NCBI GenBank assembly: GCA_963792675.1
Contig: CAWBWT010000008.1
Coordinates: 771-64,770, forward strand
Source: an uncultured Alphaproteobacteria bacterium
Lineage (GTDB): Bacteria > Pseudomonadota > Alphaproteobacteria > Acetobacterales > Acetobacteraceae
DNA: 64,000 nt
Direction of reading: 5' to 3'
In this document: positions 1 to 10,857 of the stretch, piece by piece
How the letters are laid out: every line of letters starts with the position of its first letter
Position numbering within the stretch: the first letter of the stretch is position 1
Position numbers and translations under genes: made by a program
Notes under the pieces: generated by a model
Told to the model about the DNA's origin: nothing
Seen by the model: only the letters and a program-made list of their open reading frames with translations
The model's database searches: none

Positions 1-832
1 CGGGCAGCACGTCGGTCAGCACGGCGAGCGCCTGCATCGGCTGCCCGATCTGCTGCCGGGCCGCGGTGACGACGTCGGCGGTGCCGCGGCTGGCGGCGAT
101 CTGCCGGCGCAGCCGCTCGGCCTCGGTGAGCTCGGGCCGCAGCGCCGCGACCCGCGCCTCCAGCGCCGCCGCCGCCAGCGACTGCTGCACGAACGGCAGC
201 GCCGCCGCGAGCAGCGCCAGCGCGGCGCAAACACCGGCGGCCCAGCCCTGGGCGCGGCGCCCGGCCCAGGCCGGCGGCAGCCGCTCGGCGCCGAGCGTGA
301 TCGCCCCCGCCCCCGTCTCCCCGGCCGCCACGATCCGCGCCGGCTCGAGCCCGGCCCGGGTCAGCGCCGCAACCGCCGGCTGCACCCGCCGGTGCGGCGC
401 CAGCAGCAAGCGGACATGCAGCCGCCCGGCCTTCGCGTCCCGCCGCTCGACCGCCGCACTCCAATAGACCTGGTCGGCACGGAACGGCGTGAACCGGTCG
501 AGCTCGAACGCGAGTAGCGCCCGCAGGTCGAGCTCCGCCGAAAGCGGCAGCACGACCCGGTGCTGCAGCATGTAACGGGCCGGCACCTCGAGGGTGACCT
601 GGCGGTTCGCGGAGGCCACCCGGGCGACGGCGTCATCCAGGTCGCCGTCGTCGAGCGTGTACCGTCCGAGCTCCGTGCTGCCCCCTCGCACGCGGTGAGA
701 CAGCGTCAGGCCGCTGCCCGCCTTGTCGAGCCTGGCAACAAGGCCGCTGCGGGTGGCGGGGCGGAAACGGATCGATGCGGGCACCATGTCCCGCATCTGC
801 TCGCACCACCACGTGGAAAAATCTCGGAGCAT
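1..832 (-). CDS. GspL/PilN-like type II secretion / pilus-assembly membrane protein. The C-terminal part lies beyond the left window edge.
   Basis: Absent from the supplied ORF track because the frame is open at the edge. Manual reverse translation from the ATG at 832-830 is uninterrupted to position 1. It reads MLRDFSTWWCEQMRDMVPASIRF..., then one TM segment (GWAAGVCAALALLAAALPFV), then a coiled-coil-like region (LEARVAALRPELTEAERLRRQI...ALAVLTDVLP). This is the GspL/PilN layout. Family assignment is from recall, not an HMM. Confidence 0.5.
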   Translation of the reverse strand, partial: MLRDFSTWWCEQMRDMVPASIRFRPATRSGLVARLDKAGSGLTLSHRVRGGSTELGRYTLDDGDLDDAVARVASANRQVTLEVPARYMLQHRVVLPLSAELDLRALLAFELDRFTPFRADQVYWSAAVERRDAKAGRLHVRLLLAPHRRVQPAVAALTRAGLEPARIVAAGETGAGAITLGAERLPPAWAGRRAQGWAAGVCAALALLAAALPFVQQSLAAAALEARVAALRPELTEAERLRRQIAASRGTADVVTAARQQIGQPMQALAVLTDVLP

Positions 833-891
833 GATGTCGCCTGAACTGGCCGCAGACGCCGGAGCGCCTGCGGGGTTGTTTCGGTAGGCGT

Positions 892-919
892 CCCGGACCG
901 GGTTCTTCACCGGTCCGGG
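892..919 (-). terminator. GC-rich hairpin just downstream of the peroxidase/RTX gene
   Basis: Perfect 10-bp stem (cccggaccgg / ccggtccggg) with an 8-nt loop, 9 nt after the stop at 928. There is no clear U-tract, so it may be only a stabiliser or weak terminator. Confidence 0.35.
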
Positions 920-927
920 GTGGCTGG

Positions 928-3900
928 TCAGATCCAGGTGTTGGTTCCAACCACGTTGTTCAGGGTGATGTTGCCGGTCAGCTTGAAAGTGTCGACCGTG
1001 CCACCCCCGACCTGCACGGCGTAGCTGGTCGGCGTGGCAGCGTTGCCGACTACTGTCTTCACCAGCGTGGCACCGGCGGCATAGCCGGAGAGCTGGATCT
1101 GGTCGGCCTGGGCACGGCTGAAATCCGTGATCAGGTCGCCATTCGCGTCCCCCTTGGCGAGGAAGAACACGTCGGCCCCGGTGCCGCCGGTCAGCTTGTC
1201 GGCCCCGGCCCCGCCGATCAGCGTGTCGTTGCCGGCACCCCCGCTCAGCGTGTCCGCACCCGCACCGCCGGTGATGACGTTGTCGCCAGTGTTGCCGGTG
1301 CCGGTGAAGGCGCCAGTCCCGACGAAGGTCATGTTCTCGACGTTGACACCGAGCGTGTAGGTGTTGACGAACACGTTGGCCGTGTCGGTGCCGCCGTTCG
1401 CGTTCTCCGTGATGACGTCGCCCAAGTTGCGGATGATGTAAGTGTCGTTGCCCGCGCCCCCGACCAGCGTGTCCTTGCCCGCGAGGTTTGCTCCGCCGTC
1501 GAGCGTATCATTACCCGCCCCTCCCGTAATAAAGTTGGCGAGGTTGTTGCCGGTGCCGGTGAAGTTGCCCGTTCCGGTGTAGGTCAGGTTCTCGACGAAG
1601 TTCGCAAGCGTCAAACTGGCCAGCGCCGTCTGCTCGGTATCGGTGCCGGCCCCTGCCGAACTCCACCACCGCGTCACCGACGTTGTTGATGACGTAGGTG
1701 TCGTTGCCGCCGCCGCCGATGAGCGTGTCGGCGCCGGTCGTATTCACCCCGCCGTCTAGGATGTCCGCGCCGCCGCCGCCGGTGATGACGTTCACGAGCG
1801 CATTGCCGCTGCCGGAGAAGGCGGCGTTGCCGGTGTGGGTCAGGTTCTCCAGGTTGTCGCCCAGCGTGTAACTGGTCAGAGCGGTCTGCACCGTGTCCGT
1901 CCCGCCGCCGGCCGCCTCCGTCACGACGTCGCCGATGTTGCGAACAATGTAGGTGTCGTCGCCCAGGCCGCCGATCAGCGTGTCCACGCCCACGGTATTC
2001 GCGCCACCGTCGAGCGTGTCGTTGCCGGCCCCGCCGGTGATGACATTCGCCAGGTTGTTGCCAGTCCCGTTGAAGTTGCCGGCCCCGATGAACGCCAGGT
2101 TCTCGACGTTGGTGCCGAGCTTGTAGGTCGCCAGCGTCGTCTGCACCATGTCCGTGCCGGCATTCGCCGCCTCCGTCACCACGTCGCCGACATTGTCGAC
2201 GATATAGATGTCATCGCCGCCGCCGCCGCTCATCCGGTCGAGACCGGCACCGCCGTCGAGGACGTCGTTGCCCGAACCGCCGGTCAGGTTGTCATTGCCA
2301 CCCAGGCCGAGGATCAGGTTGGCGCCGCCCACGAGTGGGGCGGTCAAGGTGTCGTTGCCGGCCGTCCCGGCCCGCACGCCCACCGAGAGCGGTGCCGACA
2401 CGTTGCCGGCCAAGTCCGCCTCAGTGATCGTCAATACTTTGTTGTAGTTGGTTGTCGGAACCGGTTTGATGATCGACGACCAGGTGCCATCGGCGCCCAC
2501 CAAGGCGGTCCCGACCGGCAACACACCGCCGTCCGAGATCGTGACCGTTGCGCCGGGCTCCCCGTGCCCAAACCCCGTGTAGCTGCTCAGCACGCCTCCC
2601 GTCGTGTCGTAGCTCACGGTGTTGACGACCGGCGCAACCGGCGCCTTGGTGTCCAGCGTGACGGTCAGCGACGCTGTGTTGGTGGTGACACCGTCGAGGT
2701 TCGGTTCGCTGGCGACAATGGTGTAAACGCCGTCCGCCAGCACAGGGGTGAACGACCAGGCTCCGGTCGCATCCGCGGTCACGGTGGCTTTAGCGACCGG
2801 GGTTCCATCCGCCAGGGAGATGGTGATGGTCACCACCGCGTTCGCGTTGCCGCTGCCGGCGATTGCCGCGTTCTTCGTGATCCGATCAATCGAGGACGCG
2901 CCGGTGTCGGAGACGAGGTGCTCCGTCACCTTAACGTCGGTCTGGACCACCTTGATCGTGACCGTGGCAACGTTGCTGGACTTCAGGAACACGTCACTGG
3001 CGACATAGGTGAACGTATCGGTCCCGAAGAAGTTCTTGGTCGGCGTGTAGGTGAAGGTGCCGTCGAGCTTGAGGGTAAGCGCGCCGTGCGCCGGGCCGGC
3101 CACGAGCTGGGCGGTCAGGCGGTCACCGATGTCCGGATCGGAGTCGTTGGCCAGCACGCCCATGGTGCTCAGCAGGGATTGGGCGATTGGCCGCACCACC
3201 GCCGGGCCGGGCTGGGCCAGGTTGATGGCGAGGGTGGCGTTTTCCAGGATCGAGTAGGAGTCGTTGTTCGCGGTCGGCGGGGTGTCGAGCGGCAGCAGGT
3301 TGATGAAGAAGGTGTCGGTGACCGACAAGGGAACGCCGGGGCCGGTATCGGTAGCCGTGACGCGGACCGCGATCTCGCCGGCGGCAACCTGGCTGCCGTC
3401 CGGGGCGATGAAGCCGCCCGCGCCGGTCGAGAACTCCCCATTGATGATGGCGCCGGTGATTGCGGTCTGGAAGGACAGGCCGACCGAGGCGAGGCTCGAC
3501 CCGTCCGCCAGGGTTGCGTTGTATGTCAGTGCAGTAGAGGCGGTCTGCGCGTCGGTGAAGATCGAGGAGAATGGGGAGAAGAAGTCGAACTTCTGGCCGA
3601 TCAGCGCCGTCGTGTTGGCGATCCCGTTGAACTGAGTGGCGAACGCGATGGTCGGCGCGGTGTTGACGTTGCCGGGTTCCGTCACTGCCACGGTCGGAGC
3701 GGAGATGACGGTTTCCGTGTAGCCCTTGCCGTCGACGTAGCTGGCCTTCACCCGGATGCCCAGGGCGCCTTCGAAGAAGGACTGGACTGTGTAGGTGGAA
3801 CTGGTCGCACCGGCGATGTTGACCCACTCGCCGCGCAGGATGTCGTTCTCCTGCCACTGCCAGGAGATCGGCGTGGTGATGCCGTCGGCATCGGTGACGG

Positions 3901-6900
3901 CGTTGATGCCCGCCACCTGGCCGCCGAGCACGCTGGCGGTCAGTGTCTGGCCGACATCGACCCGAACCGTGGGATCGAGGCCGCCGCTCTCGGTGATCGA
4001 GGGCGTGCTGACGGGGACTGCGTCGTAGTTGGCTTGGGTGATCGCGTTGTGGTCGACGAAGCGGCCATCGGACGACGTCAGGATATGTCCCTGGGAGTCG
4101 ATCGACACGGTGATGTCGCTGAATTGCAGCCGCTCGATGTTGCGGATGCGGTCGGTGCCGTCATCCACCCCGGCAAGCCCCTGGGGGTTGCCGCCGACGA
4201 CGACGCTGACACCGGTATGCTTGATGGTGAGGAACCCTTCGGCATCCACGGCGGGGCCGAAGCCCGCCCCGATGAACGGGCCGAAGAACCCGTCGCCGTA
4301 GTTTGCGAACACGTCATTGAAGACGGCGGTATCGACGTTGGCGGCATTGACCTTGCCCGCGATCAAATTGCCATTTGCATCGACCCCCGTCACCGTGCCG
4401 TTGCCATTCGGATCATACTCGATCTGTCGAATGATCTGTCCGCCGGCCGTGTAGCTGGTCAGCGCCACGTGCAAAAACGCGTCGCCGTCGATGATGTCGT
4501 CGCCGCCGCCGCCCTTGATGACGTCGTTGCCGCCGCCGCCCAGGATGATGTTGCCGCCGTCGAACGACACTGGACCCGGTGCGAAGAAGCCGGACAGGCC
4601 GGTGATCAGGTTGACGTTGTCGAGTTCGTCCTTGGTGGCCAGCGCCCGGGTGTTGTTGTCGCCGGTGATGATGTCGTCGAAGGCGGAGCCGCTGGCGCCT
4701 TCCGTGTGCTGCCAGATGTCGCGGATCGAGTCCTCGCCGCCGTTGGGGGCGATAAACTCCTTGCGGTTCATGTCCTCGCTGACGCCGTGCACCGCGTTCT
4801 CGTACGATCCCCAGTCGAAGCCGAGGCCGCCGATGAACTTGGTGAAGCTGCCGCCGCCGACCATGATGTCGTCGCCGGAGAAGCCCTTCATGATGTCGCC
4901 GCCGGCCACGCCGCCGATCATCACGTCGTTGCCGCTATAGAGGGGCTGGCCGCCGGTGGGGGCACCGGAGTCGCCGAACATGAGCTGGCCTTGGCCGCCC
5001 TTGCTCTCGAGCCAGTCGTCGCCCTCGCCGCCGATCAGCTGGTCCTGGCCTTCGTTGCCGATGATGATGTCGTTGCCGAGGCCGCCCATGATGACGTCGT
5101 CGCCGCGGCCGCCCTCGATGTAGTCGTTGCCGTCGCCACCGAAGATGTTGTCGATGCCGTCGCCGCCATAGATGGTGTCGTTGCCGGCGTCGCCGTGCAG
5201 GGTGTCGTCGCCCTGGCCGCCGATGAGGGTGTCGTTGCCGTCGCCGCCGAACAGGAAGTCGTTGCCGCCACCGCCATTGATGATGTCGTTGCCGCCGTCG
5301 CCATAGACGGTGTCGTCGTCGGCCGCACCGGCAAGCAGGTTGTCGTTGCCCGACGTGCCGCCGAGCACGATGGTGTTGCCGAGGAAGTTGTTCTCGCCCA
5401 CGAACTCGAGCTGATGGGTGCCGTCGGCCAGGGTGTTGATGGTGACGAGCGGCTGGCCGCTCGGGCTGTGCAGCCACGTCTTGCCGGTCGGGTCGATGAT
5501 CTTCCCGCTAGCGTCGAAGTAGTCGCTCGCCTCGATCGTGTATTCCGGCGTGAGAAACATGTTGCCGGGCAGGTGCAGCATATGGTTCGGGTCGTTGCTG
5601 GGATCGGTGTTCGCCCGGATCAACTGCGCGAGCGAGCTGTCCTGCAGCAACTCCTCGTAGTCCATGCCCTCGATGCGCGGCAGGTAATACAGCCGGTCGC
5701 CGTCCTGCAGCGCCTCGAGCTGGGTGCGGAAGATGTATTCGAACGTGGAGCCGAGCTGGCCGCCGAACAGGCTGATCTTCTCGGCCAGGCCGCCGATCCA
5801 GGCGTCGACGGTGTCGAGGCCGGTGACCGAACCGGTGCTCCACGCCGCCGGGTTGCCGGACGCGTCATGGATGGCGCGGGCGTCTTGCGTGTTGTTGGCG
5901 TAAGTGCCCTGGCTGTTGAGGAAGTTGTAGGCATCGAGGTCGAACGTCGCGCTGCCGAGCGTGCCGTTGGTGACGAGCGTCGTCGCAGCGTTGCGCTTGC
6001 CGGCGAGGGTGGTTGCGGCGGTGATCGTGGAATGCGTGCCGTAGGCAGCGATGAAGTTGATCAGCAATTCCGGGTGCTTGATCTGGCTGCCGAACTGGGC
6101 CCAGCTCGCGTAGGCCTTGAGTTGCGCTTCGCCGGTCTGCGAGTAGAGCTGGTTGCGCAGCAGGTTGAGCGGAGCGACGCCGGTGTCACGGCCGCGGGCG
6201 ATGTTGAGTGCCGGGAGGTCGAGCGGCAGGCCGAGCAAGTTATTGCGCAGCGAGCCGGTGACGAACTCGTCGATCGAGTTGCTGACCTGGTTGACGGTGC
6301 CGAGCACGAGGTCGGCCGTCATGTTGGGGTCGCTGGCGAACAGCGTCGGGTTGGTGAAGGCGGTGATCAGGCCCTCTTCGGTCATGACCGGCTGGCCGTT
6401 GGCGCCGATCACCGGCCGGCCGTCCGTGCCGAGCTGGTAGACGTTGACGTTCTCGTCCAGCATCGAATGGCCGAAGCGGTAGACGACGTTGGCGAACTCC
6501 GACGTGATGGCCGGGTTGATGTGGACGTTGACGCCGGCCGCCACGTGGATCGAGGGCGCCACGTAGCGGGCGAACTCGTCGAACACGATGTGCTGGTATT
6601 CGGTCTCGGTGCCGAACTTGGCCGCCTGGAACAGGCGCTCGCCGTTCCACTCGTTCGCGGCGATGATGTGGATCGGGTTGCCGTTGGCGTCGACGTCGGG
6701 CTTGCCGTTAGTCAGGGTCTGCTTGGTCAGATCGACGCCGGGCAGCACCCAGTTGCCGGCAAAGCCGGTGTCGCCCTTGTTGAGCTCGGCCTGGATGGTG
6801 GCCTTGTTCATCGCCAACAGCCGGTCGTGCTCGGAGTGGAAGATGTCCTGCACGGCGGTCAAGCCGATGTTCTCGTTGGCGCGGCCGTCACCGGCAGCGT

Positions 6901-8209
6901 AGTGCGCGTCGAGCAGCTTGCCGTCGTAGAAGCCGGCGGGGGGGAGGGTGCCGGCGGACACGGTGTCGCTGCGCGTCAGCGGAACGCCGAAGTCGTCGGT
7001 GGGCGAGGCGGAGTGCGCCATGTCGTTGATGAAGGCATGGCCGGTGCGCGCCGCCGTGTATCCGGCAGCGCCGGCCACAAACATGGGGATCGGGTGGGCA
7101 AGGTTGCCCTCGACCAAGCTGGTCGTGCCGTCTGGGTGGGTCACGACGAGCTGCGGCATCCCGTTCGGGCCGGCGATGAAGTTGCCGTAGTCGTCGGTCG
7201 CGAGCAGCGGCACGTTGCCGACGTCGGCGTCGGTCAGCAGGATGCCGAGCTTTGTCGCCGCCTGGAACTTGACGTCGGCCCAGGTCGCCATGCCGTCGGT
7301 GCCATTGGCTTTGGCTTGGCCCAGCAGGGCGCCGCTCGAATGCAGCTTGCCGTCGGCGCCGGTCATGTAGTCGCGCAGGAACACCTGGTGCGACGGATCG
7401 GATGCGTAGGTCTGGCTCTGGTCGACGAACGGCGAGGTCTGGTTGGTGTAGGCGCGGATGTCGTCCGCGGTTCCGAGCTTGCCGTCCGGGCCGGGCTGGT
7501 TGGTGGCGCGTGTCAGCACCATGAAGTTGGAATGTCCGCCCACCACATACAAAGGGTCGTCCGGCGTCAGAGGGATGTAGACCGTGCCGTTGCCGCCCTT
7601 GTCGATCATATCGAGGCCGTGGTCGAAGAACTGGCCGAAGAAGGTGAACCAGCTGTTCGACGGCGCCGACAGGCCGTTATCGGGAGTGACGTTGTTGATG
7701 AACAAGCTTTGCGCGAGGCCCGGGATGGCCTGGCTGCTGGCCGAGGCGCTGGTCGGCGTGGCCTGATTGCCGCCGACGATGTCGTCCGCCGTGCCGAAGA
7801 TTTTGTCGACGCCAGCCGTGGTCGTGTTCTGGTAGCCGGCGCCCAGAAAGCTTGCCTGCTGAAGTTGCGCAGCCACCGCCGCGGGGTTGTTCGCGGTCTG
7901 GTCGGAGATCAGGTTGCTGATCATGCGCGGCTGCGCGTCGACCACGAACCCGCTGGTCTGAGCATAGGTCGTGTTCGGCTGGCCGGGGCCGAACGACTGC
8001 GCCGTCTGGAACACCGGATCGGTCACCGTCGGGAACACCTCATCGGTCGAGCCGAAAGCGGTCTGGCCTGGGACTAGGTTGTTGCCGGTGCCGGACACGG
8101 TGCGCAACCCAAACGACAGTAGCGGGTTCACCGGCGGCTGCCCGGCCTCCGCCATCTTGATCTGGGTCAGGATGTAGTCGAGGTCGAGGCGGGTGAGCTT
8201 GACGGCCAT
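928..8209 (-). pseudogene. Giant secreted animal-type haem peroxidase fused to RTX Ca-binding, cadherin/Ig-like and modular repeat domains (MopA-like). One frame disruption near 1655-1665, possibly a sequencing indel.
   Basis: ORFs 1511..8209 (2232 aa) and 928..1677 (249 aa) are one gene. The 85-aa module ...TYVINNVGDAVVE breaks off and resumes as SAGAGTDTEQTALASLTL... in the other frame. Peroxidase signatures: WFTFFGQFFDHGLD (7610-7645) and YRFGHSMLDENV. A GGxGxDxhx nonapeptide run lies at about 5000-5440. A cadherin-like module (VLANDSDPDIGD...FTYTPTKNFFGTDTFTYVASD) and Ig-like modules follow. The C-terminus has DVFFLAKGDANGDLITDF...LSGY, a T1SS-type domain. Confidence 0.85.
1130..2370 (-). 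repeat. About five tandem coding modules of roughly 255 bp (85 aa) in the C-terminal part of the peroxidase/RTX gene
   Basis: The block recurs as GNNLANVITGGAGNDTLDGGAN..DTLIGG.GDDTYIVRN.GDVVTEAA.GGTDTVQT.L.SYTLG.N.ENL...G. I counted 85 residues between equivalent positions. Boundaries are approximate. Confidence 0.7.
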
Positions 8210-8759
8210 GGTCCGCGTTCCTTCACGATCGGTGCATCAAGCCAAGACCACAAGCAGACCTTGGCGAGCAGTTGAGAAAATTGGCAGTAATAGCGATCAC
8301 AAGACTGTCGACCAGAAACACATCACCGAACTCAATAGACCGTCCGGTTACGGCTCGAGGCTTAATACAGACTATGCGACTGGCAGCTTTTAGCGACGTT
8401 CCTGGATTTATTCCGACACGAGGCCGGCTCTGTCAGGAAAGATGACGAGAATTCAGGTGATATTCAACAATGATCCCTAAGCGGACCGCGCTAGTCACCC
8501 CAATTAGACCTTTTGACTAGTAACGTCTTTGCTCAGGGCATCGAGCACCAAGTATCGGCAGGCAGCATTACGCAGCCGCCTCATCTGGCGGCGGCGTGAA
8601 ACAACTGCCATGAGTGGAGAGCGCGTCCGGTCCGGAACGGCGCGATGTCGTCGAACTCGCCTCACCCGGCGCGCGACGCGCACGAGGTCTCCCGGGCACG
8701 CAAATGCGCGCCCGATCCGGGCCGCCGGTCGAGCGCCGGCGCGCCCGGCTGCCCGAGCG

Positions 8760-9476
8760 CTACAGCTCCACTGCCGCCGGCAGCGGCATGCTCGAAAGCC
8801 GGCACAGCAGCCGGGTCAGCGCGATCTGGCCGGAACAGTTGGTCTTCAAGCAGATCCGCTGCAGATGCACCCGCGCCGTGTTGAAGGCGATGCCCATGAC
8901 GGACGCGATCTCCTCCAGGCTCAGGCCGCGCGCGAACAGCTCCGCCAGTTCGGCCTCGCGCACCGACAAGCCGAGTATGGCGGAGAACGCCGAGCGGGCC
9001 GGACCGGTGTTGTCGGCGAAATCGGTCAGCGACAGCAGCACCTCGGCCCCCTCGCCCCGGCCTTCCACCTCGACCACGCACAGCGCATAGCGGGTGGCGC
9101 CGCTGCGGTCGGGCAGGCCGATCGCCTCGCCTACCGGGGCGCCGGCCGACAAGGCGGCGGTGGCCCGCCCGAGCAGCACCTCGAACGCGCGCTGGCTTTC
9201 GCCCCGCTCGATCGCGAGCCGGCCATGGCGGATGCCGAGGACGCCGTTGCCCGCCAGCATCGCGCGAGCCTGCGCGTTCAGGAACCGCACCACCCGCTGC
9301 CCGTCGATCACCAGCAGGCCCGAGCGGGACAGCTTGCTGACGGTTTCCAGGGCGAACACTCGGCCCGAAAGGGAGCCGTTCGATTCGGGCCCGGTGGCCT
9401 GCGGAGGCAGCCCGGCGACGAGCGCTGGTAGCCCATTGCGCGGCAACAGCTCGGTCTTCGCGTCAAACACCGACAT
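8760..9476 (-). CDS. LuxR/FixJ-family helix-turn-helix transcriptional regulator with a PAS-like N-terminal region
   Basis: The C-terminal HTH reads LSVREAELAELFARGLSLEEIASVMGIAFNTARVHLQRICLKTNCSGQIALTRLL. I chose the internal ATG at 9476 (MSVFDAKTELL...). The Arg-rich extension to 9542 looks non-coding. Confidence 0.8.
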   Translation of the reverse strand: MSVFDAKTELLPRNGLPALVAGLPPQATGPESNGSLSGRVFALETVSKLSRSGLLVIDGQRVVRFLNAQARAMLAGNGVLGIRHGRLAIERGESQRAFEVLLGRATAALSAGAPVGEAIGLPDRSGATRYALCVVEVEGRGEGAEVLLSLTDFADNTGPARSAFSAILGLSVREAELAELFARGLSLEEIASVMGIAFNTARVHLQRICLKTNCSGQIALTRLLCRLSSMPLPAAVEL

Positions 9477-9790
9477 TCCCGCTGCTCTCCCGACAGAACT
9501 CCGCCACCGCCGCCCGGCACGAACAAGCCGGCCGGACTTCACAGACGTTATTTGATCGTCATGGTGTCGTTACATAGTGGCAAGATATAGGCCCGAGTCC
9601 GCCGGCGATGCAATATGTTTCTGAATCGAAAATAACGCCTCAGGTGAGCCACAGGCGGGCACGCCCGCAACTTCCGGATCGGCGACCGGCTCGTGGAGCC
9701 CACGCGGAAAAGCTCTTCCCAAACGATGCCGCAACCCGATTAGATGCCGCGACGCCGGCAGCAATAGCCGGGTACTCCAGGGAGGCGTGG

Positions 9791-10849
9791 ATGAGGATCA
9801 CTCGACGGGCGATGGCGGCGGGCGCGGCCATGCTGCCATGGGCGACGGGCGCGCGTGCCCAACCAGCCGGGCCGGTGGACGCGAGCAAGGTCTCGCGCGA
9901 CATCGGCCAGAAAGCCGCCGGCAAGAAGTGGCAGATCGCCACCGTCGTGAAAGTGGACGGCATCGCCTGGTTCGACCGCATGCGCACCGGCGTCGAGCAG
10001 TTCGCCCACGACACCGGTCACGATGCCTGGATGGTCGGGCCCAGCCAGGCCGACGCCGCCGCCCAGGTGCAGCTCGTCGAGAACCTGATCGGCCAGGGCG
10101 TGGACGCGATCTGCATCGTGCCGTTCTCGGTCGAGGCGGTCGAGCCCGTGCTGAAGAAGGCGCGCGACCGCGGCATCGTCGTGGTCGCGCACGAGGCCAG
10201 CAACCTCGTCAACGCCGACACCATCATCGAGGCGTTCGACAACCGTGCCTACGGGGCCAAGCTGATGGAAGAGCTCGGCCGGCTGACCGGCGGCCAAGGC
10301 AAGTACGTCGCCACCGTCGGCAGCCTGACCAGCCAGTCGCACAACGAATGGATCGACGGCGCCGTTGCCTACCAGAAGGAGCACTTCCCGAACATGCAGG
10401 AGGCGGTGCGCCGGGTCGAAAGCTACGACGACGCCGAGGTCGCCTACAACAAGCTGAAAGAGGTGCTGACCGCGCATCCGGACCTGCGCGGGATCGTCGG
10501 TGCGCCCATGCCGGCCAGCGCCGGAGCCGGGCGGCTGATCGCCGAGCGCGGCTTGAAGGGCCGGGTGGAGTTCGCCGGCACCGGCCTGGTCTCGGTGGCC
10601 GGGCAATACCTGCGCGACGGCGACATCCAGTACATCCAGTTCTGGGACCCGGCCGTCGCCGGCTACGCCATGTCGGTGCTGGCGGCAATGCAGTTGCGCG
10701 GCCAGAAGGCGCAGATCAAGCCCGGCCTCGACCTTGGCCTCGAAGGCTATCACAGCCTGCTGGCGCCCGACCGGGCGCGTCCCGGCCTGCTATACGGCGC
10801 CGGCTGGGTCGGCGTCACCAAGGACAACATGGCCCAATACAACTTCTAG
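9791..10849 (+). CDS. Sugar ABC transporter periplasmic substrate-binding protein (type I PBP, LsrB/RhaS-like)
   Basis: Start ATG at 9791 is preceded by GGAGG (9781-9785). Signal peptide MRITRRAMAAGAAMLPWATGARAQ. PBP-I motifs include IATVVKVDGIAWFDRM and GVDAICIVPFSVEAVEPVLKKARDRGIVVVAHE. Confidence 0.85.
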   Translation: MRITRRAMAAGAAMLPWATGARAQPAGPVDASKVSRDIGQKAAGKKWQIATVVKVDGIAWFDRMRTGVEQFAHDTGHDAWMVGPSQADAAAQVQLVENLIGQGVDAICIVPFSVEAVEPVLKKARDRGIVVVAHEASNLVNADTIIEAFDNRAYGAKLMEELGRLTGGQGKYVATVGSLTSQSHNEWIDGAVAYQKEHFPNMQEAVRRVESYDDAEVAYNKLKEVLTAHPDLRGIVGAPMPASAGAGRLIAERGLKGRVEFAGTGLVSVAGQYLRDGDIQYIQFWDPAVAGYAMSVLAAMQLRGQKAQIKPGLDLGLEGYHSLLAPDRARPGLLYGAGWVGVTKDNMAQYNF

Positions 10850-10857
10850 CGCCCGAG

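Noticed and set aside
1640-1680. Programmed ribosomal frameshift in the peroxidase/RTX gene.
   Set aside because: There is no slippery heptamer, no obvious downstream pseudoknot or hairpin, and four other genes in the window show the same kind of break. Assembly indel or simple mutation is more parsimonious.
1835-8077. 2080-aa plus-strand ORF antisense to the peroxidase gene. Similar giants: 44579..51373(-) 2264 aa, 11892..15860(-) 1322 aa, 50353..53244(-) 963 aa, 34072..37068(+) 998 aa, 16762..19734(+) 990 aa, 51228..54026(+) 932 aa and 59781..62294(-) 837 aa.
   Set aside because: They translate to Arg/Gly/Ala/Pro/His low-complexity sequence with no recognisable motifs. They run antisense to, or out of frame across, several well-supported genes. 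Long stop-free frames are expected at this GC content.
8529-9431. 300-aa plus-strand ORF and several others overlapping the LuxR gene.
   Set aside because: These are antisense or out-of-frame readings of a gene with a clear HTH domain, and their composition is Arg/Ala/Gly-rich nonsense.
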